Assembly (NCBI GenBank): GCA_963835625.1
Contig: CAWIGO010000007.1
Location: 75,415 to 139,414 of the forward strand
Source: an uncultured Verrucomicrobiae bacterium
GTDB lineage: Bacteria; Verrucomicrobiota; Verrucomicrobiia; Limisphaerales; UBA11358
Length of the DNA stretch: 64,000 bases
Reading direction: 5' to 3'
Of the stretch, positions 30,635 through 39,409 are shown piece by piece. Position numbers and translations under genes: made by a program. The notes below the pieces were generated by a model, which saw only the letters and a program-made list of their open reading frames with translations, was not told the DNA's origin and did no database searches. Numbering within the stretch: the first letter of the stretch is position 1; each line of letters opens with the position of its first letter.

Positions 30635-31435
30635 ATGAAAAAATACTGGCACGTCATCGGCATCGGGATTCAAAACAACCTGACGTATCGCTTCAATTAT
30701 CTGACGCGGACGCTGTTCGGCTTCATCCCGCTATTCGCCATGTTGTCGCTCTGGCGCACGATTTACGCGGCGAAGGGCGCGGCGATTTCCGGTTACACGC
30801 TGTCGGAGATGATTTCCTATTATCTGCTCGTCGCCGTTGTGGACGCGCTCACGGCGGTGAACGAGGACGACTGGCAGATCGCCGCCGACATTCGCGAAGG
30901 CAACATCAGCCAATTCCTGCTCAAGCCGATTGATTATTTGTGGTATCGGCTGTGTCTGTTTTTTTCCGGGCGCGTCGCGTATATGGCCGTGGCCGTCGTG
31001 CCGCTGGCGATTTTCGTTTTTTGTCTGCGCGATTATTTTATTTTCCCGCCAGACGGCCCGGCGCTGGCGGCCTTCCTGATTTCGCTGGCGCTGACGGCGC
31101 TGCTGCAATTTTTCATTTCCTACGCGATGGCGATGCTGGCGTTTTGGGTGCTGGAAATTTCCACGTTCATTTTCATTTTGTTCGCCTTTGAATACATCGC
31201 CAGCGGGCATTTGTTCCCGCTCGATTTGCTGCCGGCGGCGTTGCAACACGCGCTCTTCTTCACGCCATTTCCGTCCATGCTTTACATGCCCATTGGCATT
31301 TACATGGGTAAAATCGCCGGTGCGGACCTTGCGCGCGGCCTGTTCGCGCAACTGGGTTGGGTGTTGATTGGTTATGCGCTCGCGCGATTCGCATGGCGGC
31401 GTGGAATCAAGAAATACGCCGCGTTTGGAGGGTGA
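30635..31435 (+). CDS. ABC-2 family transporter permease
   Basis: 266-aa six-TM protein whose N-terminus (YWHVIGIGIQNNLTYRFNYL...) is typical, from memory, of the COG4587/PF06182 family. There is no ATPase gene next to it. Confidence 0.7.
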   Translation: MKKYWHVIGIGIQNNLTYRFNYLTRTLFGFIPLFAMLSLWRTIYAAKGAAISGYTLSEMISYYLLVAVVDALTAVNEDDWQIAADIREGNISQFLLKPIDYLWYRLCLFFSGRVAYMAVAVVPLAIFVFCLRDYFIFPPDGPALAAFLISLALTALLQFFISYAMAMLAFWVLEISTFIFILFAFEYIASGHLFPLDLLPAALQHALFFTPFPSMLYMPIGIYMGKIAGADLARGLFAQLGWVLIGYALARFAWRRGIKKYAAFGG

Positions 31436-32299
31436 ATGAGTCCAAAGTCCAAAGCCCAAAGTCCGAAGTTATCTGATGTGCCCCCTGCCACGTGTCACAC
31501 GTCACTTATCACGCGCTATCTCACGATTTATGCCGCGCTGTGGAAAACTTCCGTGACGCGCGAAATGTCATTCAAAGGCAATTTCGTTCTCTGGATCGTG
31601 GTCGAATTGCTCTGGTTCGGGCTGCAACTCGCTTTCGTCGGTGTACTTTTCAGCCAAACCAACACCATCGGCACATGGACAGTGTGGCAGGTGGTGCTGC
31701 TCACCGGCACGAGCAATTTCATCCAGGAAATTTACCAGGCGTTCCTTCTCGTGAACTGCACGAACCTCTCGGAACTCGTCCGCACGGGTAAAATGGATTT
31801 TTTACTGCTGCTGCCGGTCAACACGCGCTTCCTCGTTTCGACGCGGCAGGTGGACCTGCCGTCATTTGCCAATGCGGCGTTCGCCGTTTGCGTCATGTTT
31901 TTTGCGGCGGGCAAACTGCATTTGCACCCAACTACCGCGCAGTTGCTCGCCTTTGCCGCCTTGTGTGTCATCGGTCTTTTGGTGCATTACTCGCTGATGT
32001 TCATGCTCGCCTCGGTGAGTTTTTGGACCGTGCGCGCGCAAGGCATCGTGTGGGGCTACTACAATCTGTTCAACATCGCGCGGATGCCGGATGAAGCGTT
32101 TCGCGGCGCGTTCAAGGCCGTGTTCACCTTCGCCCTGCCGGTGTTGCTCGTGTCCAACGTGCCCGTGCGCGTGCTGGCGGACAAATTAACTTCGCCGTCC
32201 GCATGGCTGGTGCTGCTCGGCCTGGCTGTTGTCTGGGCGCTCATCTCCGAATGGTTCTGGCGCTTCTCCATCCGCCGTTACACCAGCGCGAGCACGTGA
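31436..32299 (+). CDS. ABC-2 family transporter permease (second subunit)
   Basis: Its ATG directly follows the upstream TGA. It is a polytopic protein (REMSFKGNFVLWIVVELLWFGLQLAF...), COG3694-like. The first ~11 codons (MSPKSKAQSPK) are encoded by a GTCCAAA heptamer tract, so the true start could be further downstream. Confidence 0.65.
   Translation: MSPKSKAQSPKLSDVPPATCHTSLITRYLTIYAALWKTSVTREMSFKGNFVLWIVVELLWFGLQLAFVGVLFSQTNTIGTWTVWQVVLLTGTSNFIQEIYQAFLLVNCTNLSELVRTGKMDFLLLLPVNTRFLVSTRQVDLPSFANAAFAVCVMFFAAGKLHLHPTTAQLLAFAALCVIGLLVHYSLMFMLASVSFWTVRAQGIVWGYYNLFNIARMPDEAFRGAFKAVFTFALPVLLVSNVPVRVLADKLTSPSAWLVLLGLAVVWALISEWFWRFSIRRYTSAST
31440..31467 (+). repeat. four tandem GTCCAAA-family heptamers at the 5' end of the second ABC-2 permease ORF
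   Basis: The units are GTCCAAA GTCCAAA GCCCAAA GTCCGAA, read directly and encoding SPKSKAQSPK. The upstream TTTGGA (31424-31429) can pair with TCCAAA (31441-31446) across the stop/start junction. Confidence 0.85.
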
Positions 32300-32312
32300 A
32301 ACTTCGCATTCC

Positions 32313-32387
32313 GCAGGAGTCGAGGTGACGAGACTTAAATCCAGAATTCGGAATTACCAGAGCGAGCCTCCCCACGCCGACTCCTGC
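32313..32387. repeat. inverted repeat with 10-nt perfect arms downstream of the ABC-2 genes
   Basis: GCAGGAGTCG (32313-32322) is the exact reverse complement of CGACTCCTGC (32378-32387). The arms extend to 13 of 15 matches. The loop contains CCAGAATTCGGAATTACC (GAATTC-type units). Confidence 0.75.
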
Positions 32388-32443
32388 AAACGGGTCCAAA
32401 ATTTAAAATTGTCTTCGCCCTCATCAATTTTTATTTTTCGCCC

Positions 32444-33235
32444 ATGAAACGAATCTTCCCGTTGTTACTTCCCATTGTCGCGGCATTCGCCTGCTTGACC
32501 GTGCCGGAATCATTTGCCCGGAACACGAATGAAACCGGCACAAATACTTCATCGGTCCAGGTCACAAACGAAGTTGTCCAAAACACCGCCATCATTCCCG
32601 TGCCGCGCGATCCGAAATGGGTGGCCCGGCACGAAGGTTTTGTGCGGGAAGCACAGAACGGCGGCGTGGATATTTTGTTCCTGGGCGATTCCATCACGGA
32701 CGGATGGCGCAACCGGGGTTCGAATGTCTGGAATAAATATTACGCGCCGCGTCACGCCGCCAACTTTGGCGTCAGCGGCGATCGCACCCAGCACGTTCTC
32801 TGGCGCATGGACAACGGCGAACTCGACGGCATCAAGCCCAAGGTGGTCGTGCTTATGATTGGCACCAACAACACCGGCAAGGAAAAGGACACCGGCAAAA
32901 TCCGCAACACCGTCCCGGAAACCATCGCCGGCGTGCAGGCGGTCGTTCGGGAATTGCGCGCGAAGCTGCCGGACAGCAAAATCCTGCTGTTGGCCATTTT
33001 CCCGCGCGGCACGCTGGACGATCCGCAACGCGCCCAGGTCGCCTTGGTCAACACCGTCATTGCCAGGCTCGACGACGGCAAGATGGTGAGGTATCTCGAC
33101 ATTGATCCGAAATTTCTCGAAGCCGACGGCACGCTGCCAAAGAATATCATGCCGGATTTGCTCCACCCCAACGAACGCGGCTACCAGATCTGGGCCGCAG
33201 CGATGGAGCCGACCTTGGACGAAATGTTGAGGTGA
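32444..33235 (+). CDS. secreted SGNH/GDSL-type hydrolase (PAF-acetylhydrolase-Ib-like)
   Basis: Has a signal peptide and SGNH blocks: FLGDSITDGW (block I), GVSGDRT (II), MIGTNN (III), DLLHPNERGY (V). Confidence 0.85.
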   Translation: MKRIFPLLLPIVAAFACLTVPESFARNTNETGTNTSSVQVTNEVVQNTAIIPVPRDPKWVARHEGFVREAQNGGVDILFLGDSITDGWRNRGSNVWNKYYAPRHAANFGVSGDRTQHVLWRMDNGELDGIKPKVVVLMIGTNNTGKEKDTGKIRNTVPETIAGVQAVVRELRAKLPDSKILLLAIFPRGTLDDPQRAQVALVNTVIARLDDGKMVRYLDIDPKFLEADGTLPKNIMPDLLHPNERGYQIWAAAMEPTLDEMLR

Positions 33236-33245
33236 TGGGGAGGGG

Positions 33246-34394
33246 TTATTTGTTCGCCAGCGCCTTGGCGACAGCTTGCTCCAATTCTTTACCGCGCAAA
33301 TCCTTGCCGATGATTTTCCCTTCGCCGTCGAGCAGGAAGGTCGCCGGGATGCTTTCAATCCCGTATTTCATGGCCAGTTTATTGTCCCAGGCCTGTCCAT
33401 CGAAGTATTGCTGCCAGGTCATGTTTTTCTGTTTGATAAAGCTTTCGAGCTTTTGCTGGTCTGCATCCAGGCTGACACCGATGATCTCGAAGCCCTGCGC
33501 ATGATGTTTCTGGTAAGTTGCCTGCACATTAGGCAACTCAGCCACACACGGCCCGCACCAGGTCGCCCAGAAATCAATCAACACCACCTTGCCCTTGTAA
33601 TTGGCGATGGAAAGCGGTTTGCCCGCCGTGTCCTTCTCGTTGAAGTCGGGGAATTTCGTCCCCTTCACCAAGCCAGCTTGGATTTTTTTCGCCGCCTCTT
33701 CTTTTTGCCGCATTTCCGGCGTGACGACAGGCTGTGTCATCAATTTGTAATCCTTGGGAACGTCGAAGGCCGAGGCATCAACAGATTCTTCTTTGACTGA
33801 CACCAGGGTGGAAGTAAGTTTCTGTCCGTTCACTTCCATTTGTGTTTTTACCACCATGCCCGGCAGCGCGCAGACGGCTGGCGACGTGTCTTTGGACATT
33901 TGGGCGACGGGCGAATTGCTCAGCTTGTCCATTTGAACCTTGATCCTGGCGTAATTCGGAAAGTTCTTTGCCACCCAAACGGTCTGGTTTGCGCCATCGG
34001 GACTCGACCAGGTGTAAATTTCCGTGCTGTAATCGCCCACCTTCTCGGTTTTGCCCGTGTCATGGAATTTTGGCGGTTCGGCGTTCGCGGCGGCGCCATT
34101 AGCCCGCGCCTTTTTCATGTTCTCGGCCGTTTGCTTGATCTCCGCGCCGGAAATTTTTATCATCACCTTTTGTCCATGCATCAGTGTGACCGAATCGCCC
34201 GTGTTCACATCCATGATCGTGCTGATGGCGCCTTGCGGAGTGGCGGGCATGTCCACGCGGATTTTGTCACCTTTGATTGTGGTTGTGGTATTGCCGTTAA
34301 TCATCGCGCTCTCAATCTTTTGCTCCAGAACAAGATCAGCGCGCGCGGTAACAATGGTAAAGACAAGGGCAACGAGGACAAAAATTCGTTTCAT
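33246..34394 (-). CDS. TlpA/ResA-like thiol:disulfide oxidoreductase with an N-terminal beta-rich domain
   Basis: Has a signal peptide. The C-terminal thioredoxin fold contains VVLIDFWATWCGPCVAELP (CxxC). Confidence 0.85.
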   Translation of the reverse strand: MKRIFVLVALVFTIVTARADLVLEQKIESAMINGNTTTTIKGDKIRVDMPATPQGAISTIMDVNTGDSVTLMHGQKVMIKISGAEIKQTAENMKKARANGAAANAEPPKFHDTGKTEKVGDYSTEIYTWSSPDGANQTVWVAKNFPNYARIKVQMDKLSNSPVAQMSKDTSPAVCALPGMVVKTQMEVNGQKLTSTLVSVKEESVDASAFDVPKDYKLMTQPVVTPEMRQKEEAAKKIQAGLVKGTKFPDFNEKDTAGKPLSIANYKGKVVLIDFWATWCGPCVAELPNVQATYQKHHAQGFEIIGVSLDADQQKLESFIKQKNMTWQQYFDGQAWDNKLAMKYGIESIPATFLLDGEGKIIGKDLRGKELEQAVAKALANK

Positions 34395-34475
34395 GATGAG
34401 ACAATGTTGCTTCAGCTTTCAGTGAAAGAAAAGCAGAAAATAAGGTGAAAGGAAATCATAGCTTCCGCGATTCCA

Positions 34476-34835
34476 TTAGTGCGTTTCGTCGCCATTCTCC
34501 AATAATCGGGCGAAGTAAAAACACCCAAGCGTGATGAGAATTGAAATCGTTGTGATGAGAGTTGCCTGCGTGCCGGGACGTTTAAGCTCGTTGGACCAGT
34601 CCTCAATTAAAAGGCCCATTTTGCCGTAAAGCATCCCCATCTGCCGCGTTTGGGCCTTATTGTATCCCAGCATGGAGAGGTCATTCGACACATCCGGAGA
34701 ACGCGTCCCCGTCCAATAAACAAGGCACGCACTGCTGATTCCGAGCACCAGCACGATAACGCCAATCATCTTGAGCCGTCGCGCACGCCGCTTGGACGAT
34801 GAATCCGGACCGGATGTTTTGTCATTCACGGACAT
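34476..34835 (-). CDS. small hypothetical membrane protein (two predicted TM segments)
   Basis: 119-aa ORF with two hydrophobic stretches (MIGVIVLVLGISSACLVYW and ATLITTISILITLGCFYFA). I recognised no motif. Confidence 0.45.
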   Translation of the reverse strand: MSVNDKTSGPDSSSKRRARRLKMIGVIVLVLGISSACLVYWTGTRSPDVSNDLSMLGYNKAQTRQMGMLYGKMGLLIEDWSNELKRPGTQATLITTISILITLGCFYFARLLENGDETH

Positions 34836-34848
34836 ATTGCAAAGTGTT

Positions 34849-34909
34849 CCGGCAACGCGCTCAATTGGTCGAGGATAAATTCTTTGAAGGAGGCGTCAGC
34901 CATGTTTGG
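34849..34909 (+). repeat. leader repeat L1 (CCGGCAACGCGC...AAATTCTTTGAAGGAG...CATG), recurring at 38390-38448; the 12-mer alone also occurs at 36977
   Basis: L1 (34849-34909) and L3 (38390-38448) align by eye over about 60 nt with scattered substitutions. CCGGCAACGCGC occurs at 34849, 36977 and 38390. The last two sit about 10-20 nt after a GH28 stop, and the first sits upstream of the first copy. Confidence 0.8.
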
Positions 34910-34992
34910 CAGAATCTACGTAAATCTGGCGGGCATCCAATGATATTCCGTCTCTCCGAACAGCGCTCGCAGCGCTCACCCGCGGCTTTCGG

Positions 34993-35020
34993 TTGAGTTT
35001 GAATCAATTTGTGTTATGCT
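34993..35020 (+). promoter_or_regulatory. candidate promoter of GH28 copy 1
   Basis: TTGAGT (34993-34998), a 16-nt spacer, then TATGCT (35015-35020). The same -35 hexamer, spacing and a TATATT -10 are conserved upstream of copy 2. Confidence 0.4.
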
Positions 35021-35037
35021 GCCTTATTATCACACCC

Positions 35038-36960
35038 ATGAAACTAACGGCTGTCTTTATTTCAGCCTGGCTGGTTTTGGCCGGTTGGGTTCACGCCGCC
35101 AATCCGGCGATGCCAACCATTTCGACCAATATTTATAATGTCACTAATTATGGCGCCATCGGCGACGGGGTGAAGGATAACACGACCAACATTCAAAACA
35201 CCATCAACGCGGCGAACGCGGCGGGCGGCGGCATCGTCGAGATTCCAGCGGGCACGTTTTTGAGCGGGCCGATCACGCTGACCAACAACATCAATCTGCA
35301 GGTGGACACCAACGCGATGCTCCAGATGCTGCCTTTGGGAACTTATCCCGGCGGCACAACGAACGCGCAAACTTTCATCTATTGCAATAATGTTCATGAC
35401 GTGGAAATCAGCGGTTGGGGCAAGATTGACGGTCAGGGCGCCGCTTGGTGGACGTATTTCAACACTAACAGCACAATCGTTCGGCCCATGATGCTCAACT
35501 TGTATTCCGCCAACCGGCTTTTTATTCATGACATCACCTTCCAGAACCCGCCGTATCATCATTGCGGCCTGCGGAACAACGGCGGCAACATCACCATCAG
35601 CAATTTGACCGAGAACACTGTTTCACCTTCGCCCAACACCGACGGGCTTAATTTCGTCGGGACCAATTGCATCATTGAGAATTGCCACATCAGCGTTGGC
35701 GACGACAACATCGCCATGGGCTCAACCGGCCCGATCAACGACCTGCTCATCACCAATTGCACTTTTGGCACCGGGCACGGCGTTTCCATCGGCAGCGGTA
35801 TTTCCGTGGGCATATCGAACCTGACCGTCATCAACTGCACGTTCAACGGATCGGATTATGGCATCCGCATGAAGTCCGACACCAACATCGGCGGCATGGT
35901 GCAGAACCTGAATTATCTCAACCTCGGCATGACCAATGTCAAAGATGGGGCGATAACCATTTACAGCTACTACAACGAAACCGGAACGCCCACCGGCATC
36001 ACTCCGACGACCGCCGCCGGGGAAGTCATTAGCCCCGTCAACAGCGCGACCCCCGTTTGGCGCAACATCACCTTCAGCAACCTGACTGCGACCGTGAGCA
36101 GCAGCGGAGTTGCGGGCATCATTTGGGGACGAACGGAATTGCCCGCCACCAACATCATCATGAGCCATGTCAACATCACCGCCTCGAAAACCTTCGACAT
36201 TTACAACGCGCAAGGCATCCAGTTTCTGGATTCGAAAATCACCACCGGCAGTGGCAAGACCTTCACCATTTGGAACGCCAACGTCACCGTCAGCAACACC
36301 GTGCCCGCGACCAACCTCGTCACCTTCGACGGGCTGGGCGGCAACACCAACGACTCGCTGGCGCTTTACAACGCCAGCGCTTCCATGACCAGCACCGACG
36401 CGTTTGGCGCCAACCCCATCACGTTGAGCGGGAGCGTGCTGACCAACACCGGCAACCTGACCTTCTCCAGCAAAGAAGCGATAAACTTTGCACTGGGGAC
36501 GAACAACTCCGCCATTGTGGTTGCCGGCAATCTGAACCTGAGGGGCACGCTCAACATCACGAATGCCGCCGGCTTCACCGCCACCAATTACATTCTGTTC
36601 ACCTACACTGGCAGTTTGACCAACACCCCGGTTCTCGGCGCAAAACCAATCATCAACAGTTACCTTTACCGCCTCGATACCAACACCGCCGGGCAGGTGA
36701 AGCTCGTGGTCACCGCGCCGTCGCCACCAAACTTTGGGAACATCCAGGTTGCGAACGGCGGCGGAAGTTTTGTGATGAGCGGCACCGGTGGCGTGACCAA
36801 CGGCACTTACTATGTGCTGACCTCAACCAATGTTGCGTTGCCGTTGAGTCAATGGACGCCTGTTGCTACCAATCCATTTGACGCCAGCGGCAACTTCACC
36901 TTCACCAACACGCCCGCTGCAAACGCCCCGCAGATGTTTTACCTATTGCAACTGCCGTGA
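35038..36960 (+). CDS. secreted glycoside hydrolase family 28 (polygalacturonase-like) with a C-terminal beta-strand-repeat extension
   Basis: The ATG at 35038 gives the signal peptide MKLTAVFISAWLVLAGWVHA. GH28 catalytic blocks are present: SPNTDG, GDDNIAMG, GTGHGVSIGS, GIRMKS. About 200 extra C-terminal residues have a repetitive G/T/N-rich beta-strand pattern and end in ...MFYLLQLP. Confidence 0.85.
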   Translation: MKLTAVFISAWLVLAGWVHAANPAMPTISTNIYNVTNYGAIGDGVKDNTTNIQNTINAANAAGGGIVEIPAGTFLSGPITLTNNINLQVDTNAMLQMLPLGTYPGGTTNAQTFIYCNNVHDVEISGWGKIDGQGAAWWTYFNTNSTIVRPMMLNLYSANRLFIHDITFQNPPYHHCGLRNNGGNITISNLTENTVSPSPNTDGLNFVGTNCIIENCHISVGDDNIAMGSTGPINDLLITNCTFGTGHGVSIGSGISVGISNLTVINCTFNGSDYGIRMKSDTNIGGMVQNLNYLNLGMTNVKDGAITIYSYYNETGTPTGITPTTAAGEVISPVNSATPVWRNITFSNLTATVSSSGVAGIIWGRTELPATNIIMSHVNITASKTFDIYNAQGIQFLDSKITTGSGKTFTIWNANVTVSNTVPATNLVTFDGLGGNTNDSLALYNASASMTSTDAFGANPITLSGSVLTNTGNLTFSSKEAINFALGTNNSAIVVAGNLNLRGTLNITNAAGFTATNYILFTYTGSLTNTPVLGAKPIINSYLYRLDTNTAGQVKLVVTAPSPPNFGNIQVANGGGSFVMSGTGGVTNGTYYVLTSTNVALPLSQWTPVATNPFDASGNFTFTNTPAANAPQMFYLLQLP

Positions 36961-37036
36961 ACCTTGGCGCGCAACTCCGGCAACGCGCTCGTTGGAACAG
37001 AATCCGCACGCGCTGAACATCGCCCGCAGTCTTTGG

Positions 37037-37064
37037 TTGAGTTGGAATCCACTTTTGCTATATT
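37037..37064 (+). promoter_or_regulatory. candidate promoter of GH28 copy 2
   Basis: TTGAGT (37037-37042), a 16-nt spacer, then TATATT (37059-37064), inside the conserved block GGTTGAGTT.GAATC. Confidence 0.4.
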
Positions 37065-37083
37065 GTCGGCTCCGATTACGCCT

Positions 37084-38379
37084 ATGAAACAAAAGATTGC
37101 CTTGATTTCCGCCGGGCTGGCTTTGGCCGGTTGGGTTCACGCCGCCAGTCCGGCGATGCCGACCATTCCGACCAATATTTATAATGTCACAAATTATGGC
37201 GCCATCGGCGACGGGGCGAAGGATAACACGACCAACATTCAAAGCGCCATCAACGCAGCGAACGCGGCGGGCGGAGGCATCGTCGAGATTCCGGCGGGCA
37301 CGTTCCTGAGCGGTCCCATCACCCTGCTCAGCAGCATCAATCTGCAGGTGGACACCAACGCGATGCTTCAGATGCTGCCTTACGGAACTTATCCCGGTGG
37401 CGACACCAACGCGCAAACTTTCATCAGCTGCAATGGGGTTCATGACTTGGAAATCAGCGGCTGGGGCAGGATTGACGGTCAAGGTGCCGCCTGGTGGAAG
37501 GAGTTTCGCACCAACCACGTAATCGTCCGCCCCATGATGCTCAACTTGTATTCCGCCAACCGGCTTTTCATCCACGACATCACTTTCCAGAACCCGCCCG
37601 GCCACCATTGCGGGCTGCGCAAGAACGGCGGCAACATCACCATCAGCAATCTGACCGTGAACACTGTTTCACCTTCGCCCAACACCGACGGGCTGAATTT
37701 CGTCGGCACCAATAGCATCATTGAGAATTGTCACATCAGCGTTGGCGACGACAACATCGCCATGGGCGCCACCGGCCCCATCAACGATCTGCTCATCACC
37801 AATTGCGTCTTCGGGTTCGGCCATGGCGTGTCCATCGGCAGCGGCGTGCGCGATGGTGTGTCGAACCTCGTGGTTGCCAACTGCTCGTTCAATGGCGGCA
37901 CGTTCGGCATACGTATGAAGGCCGACACCAACAGTGGCGGCCTGGCTCGGAACCTTTTCTACCACGACATCACCATGACCAACGTGCAGATGCCCATTCT
38001 CATTTACAGCTATTACAAGACCGCAGGCGGTGCCAGCAAGATCAGCCATTTCACCCCCACCCAGGCCGCCGCTTTCGCCGCTGAGCCTGTCACCGACACC
38101 ACACCGGTCTGGCGCGACATCACCTTCAGCAACATCACCGCCGCCGCCACCGTCGCCGGCGGTGCCATCTGGGGACGCCCCGAAATGCTCGTGTCCAACG
38201 TCAGCTTTGTTCATGTGGACATCACCGCACCCGGCCCCTTCAACATCTATAACGCGCGTGGCATCCGGTTCCAGGACTGCCATATCCGGCTCAAGGACGG
38301 CGATACGTTCACGCTGTACAACGCCGACGTCGTTGTCACCAACACCGTGAATCGTCCGTCTGCCGCCGGGCAAAAATAG
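37084..38379 (+). CDS. secreted glycoside hydrolase family 28, tandem paralog lacking the C-terminal extension
   Basis: The ATG at 37084 gives the signal peptide MKQKIALISAGLALAGWVHA. It has the same GH28 blocks (SPNTDG, GDDNIAMG, GFGHGVSIGS, GIRMKA). It is visibly near-identical to the upstream copy over roughly the first 250 residues and much more diverged after that. Confidence 0.85.
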   Translation: MKQKIALISAGLALAGWVHAASPAMPTIPTNIYNVTNYGAIGDGAKDNTTNIQSAINAANAAGGGIVEIPAGTFLSGPITLLSSINLQVDTNAMLQMLPYGTYPGGDTNAQTFISCNGVHDLEISGWGRIDGQGAAWWKEFRTNHVIVRPMMLNLYSANRLFIHDITFQNPPGHHCGLRKNGGNITISNLTVNTVSPSPNTDGLNFVGTNSIIENCHISVGDDNIAMGATGPINDLLITNCVFGFGHGVSIGSGVRDGVSNLVVANCSFNGGTFGIRMKADTNSGGLARNLFYHDITMTNVQMPILIYSYYKTAGGASKISHFTPTQAAAFAAEPVTDTTPVWRDITFSNITAAATVAGGAIWGRPEMLVSNVSFVHVDITAPGPFNIYNARGIRFQDCHIRLKDGDTFTLYNADVVVTNTVNRPSAAGQK

Positions 38380-38389
38380 GCACGCCGTC

Positions 38390-38448
38390 CCGGCAACGCG
38401 CCCAACAGGTCAGGACAAATTCTTTGAAGGAGTCGTATGCATGCTTCG
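38390..38448 (+). repeat. leader repeat L3 (a truncated third copy of the GH28 unit junction)
   Basis: See L1. Similarity ends where the AT-rich segment begins (about 38450). Confidence 0.75.
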
Positions 38449-38467
38449 GTCAAGTTTTAGTTAAAAC

Positions 38468-39409
38468 TTATTTATTGGTGCTACTGAATTGATCAAATGC
38501 CGCACCAATCAATAATTCTTCACCGTCATCAATAACCTTTTTGTAGTCCATAATCGGCTTGTTTTCGTTGGGAATAGTTTCGCCTTCGGGAAGGTGCACA
38601 TAAGTATTAATTAATCCCACTGCAACTGAAGCCGATATCTCCAAAGAGCCGCATTTATTTTTAATTATTAAATGCCGCCGTCCATCCACTTGAATGCCCT
38701 CAAAAAAAACTTTAAAATCCCAATCAGCATTTTTTTGAAATTTAACTTCTGCGACATTTATTTCTCCTACATCGAGACTTATCATTGTTGGCAGGCCATG
38801 GTAGTCTGAAACAACTTTGTCAGCATTTAGCACTGCTGCATTTCCCAGTTTTCTAGTAAGTGATGTGATGGCATAATCATAATAAACTATGTTGTCTTGA
38901 TACCCAGATTGCAGAGCATTCAAATGTTTTTCACGTTGAAGTTTCGATTGAATTCTGGACGTTGTAGCTCTGCGTCTCAAATTGTCTGCCCAAGCGTTCA
39001 AATCTCCAACCTGCGAATCAACAACTTCAAATTGTCTATTGTTGTCGATGATCCGCTGCCTCAAATCTAAACTAATAAATGAATTTGTTGCTAATTCATT
39101 TAGAAGACTTTGATGCTGTCGCTGAAGAGTTGATTGGTTGGAGTTGACAGTTGAGAGCTGATTCGTCAGGTAATTGATTTGTCTTGTGAGCTCTTGTTTG
39201 TCTGATTTGGCCTGATTGTCTTTCTGAAGACTGTTGATTTGATTTAACACAAACAGTCCTAACGTCAGCCATAAAACACGTTTTCTCCAATTTTTGTGGG
39301 TAATAGTTCTACCATCATCGAAATGATATTTGAGCCGGTATTCCCACCAAATTAAAACGACCGCAAGAATGATCAGCGAAATACCGAGAATGTAGGAAAT
39401 CCAATTCAT
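38468..39409 (-). CDS. hypothetical membrane-anchored protein (AT-rich ORFan A)
   Basis: 313-aa ORF with N-terminal hydrophobic segments (ISYILGISLIILAVVLIWW, VLWLTLGLFVLNQI). These are followed by a Q/N/S/T-rich probable coiled coil and then a globular C-terminal part. I recognised no motif. My hand counts of 60-nt lines give about 25-43% G+C, against about 52-58% in the flanks. Confidence 0.55.
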   Translation of the reverse strand: MNWISYILGISLIILAVVLIWWEYRLKYHFDDGRTITHKNWRKRVLWLTLGLFVLNQINSLQKDNQAKSDKQELTRQINYLTNQLSTVNSNQSTLQRQHQSLLNELATNSFISLDLRQRIIDNNRQFEVVDSQVGDLNAWADNLRRRATTSRIQSKLQREKHLNALQSGYQDNIVYYDYAITSLTRKLGNAAVLNADKVVSDYHGLPTMISLDVGEINVAEVKFQKNADWDFKVFFEGIQVDGRRHLIIKNKCGSLEISASVAVGLINTYVHLPEGETIPNENKPIMDYKKVIDDGEELLIGAAFDQFSSTNK

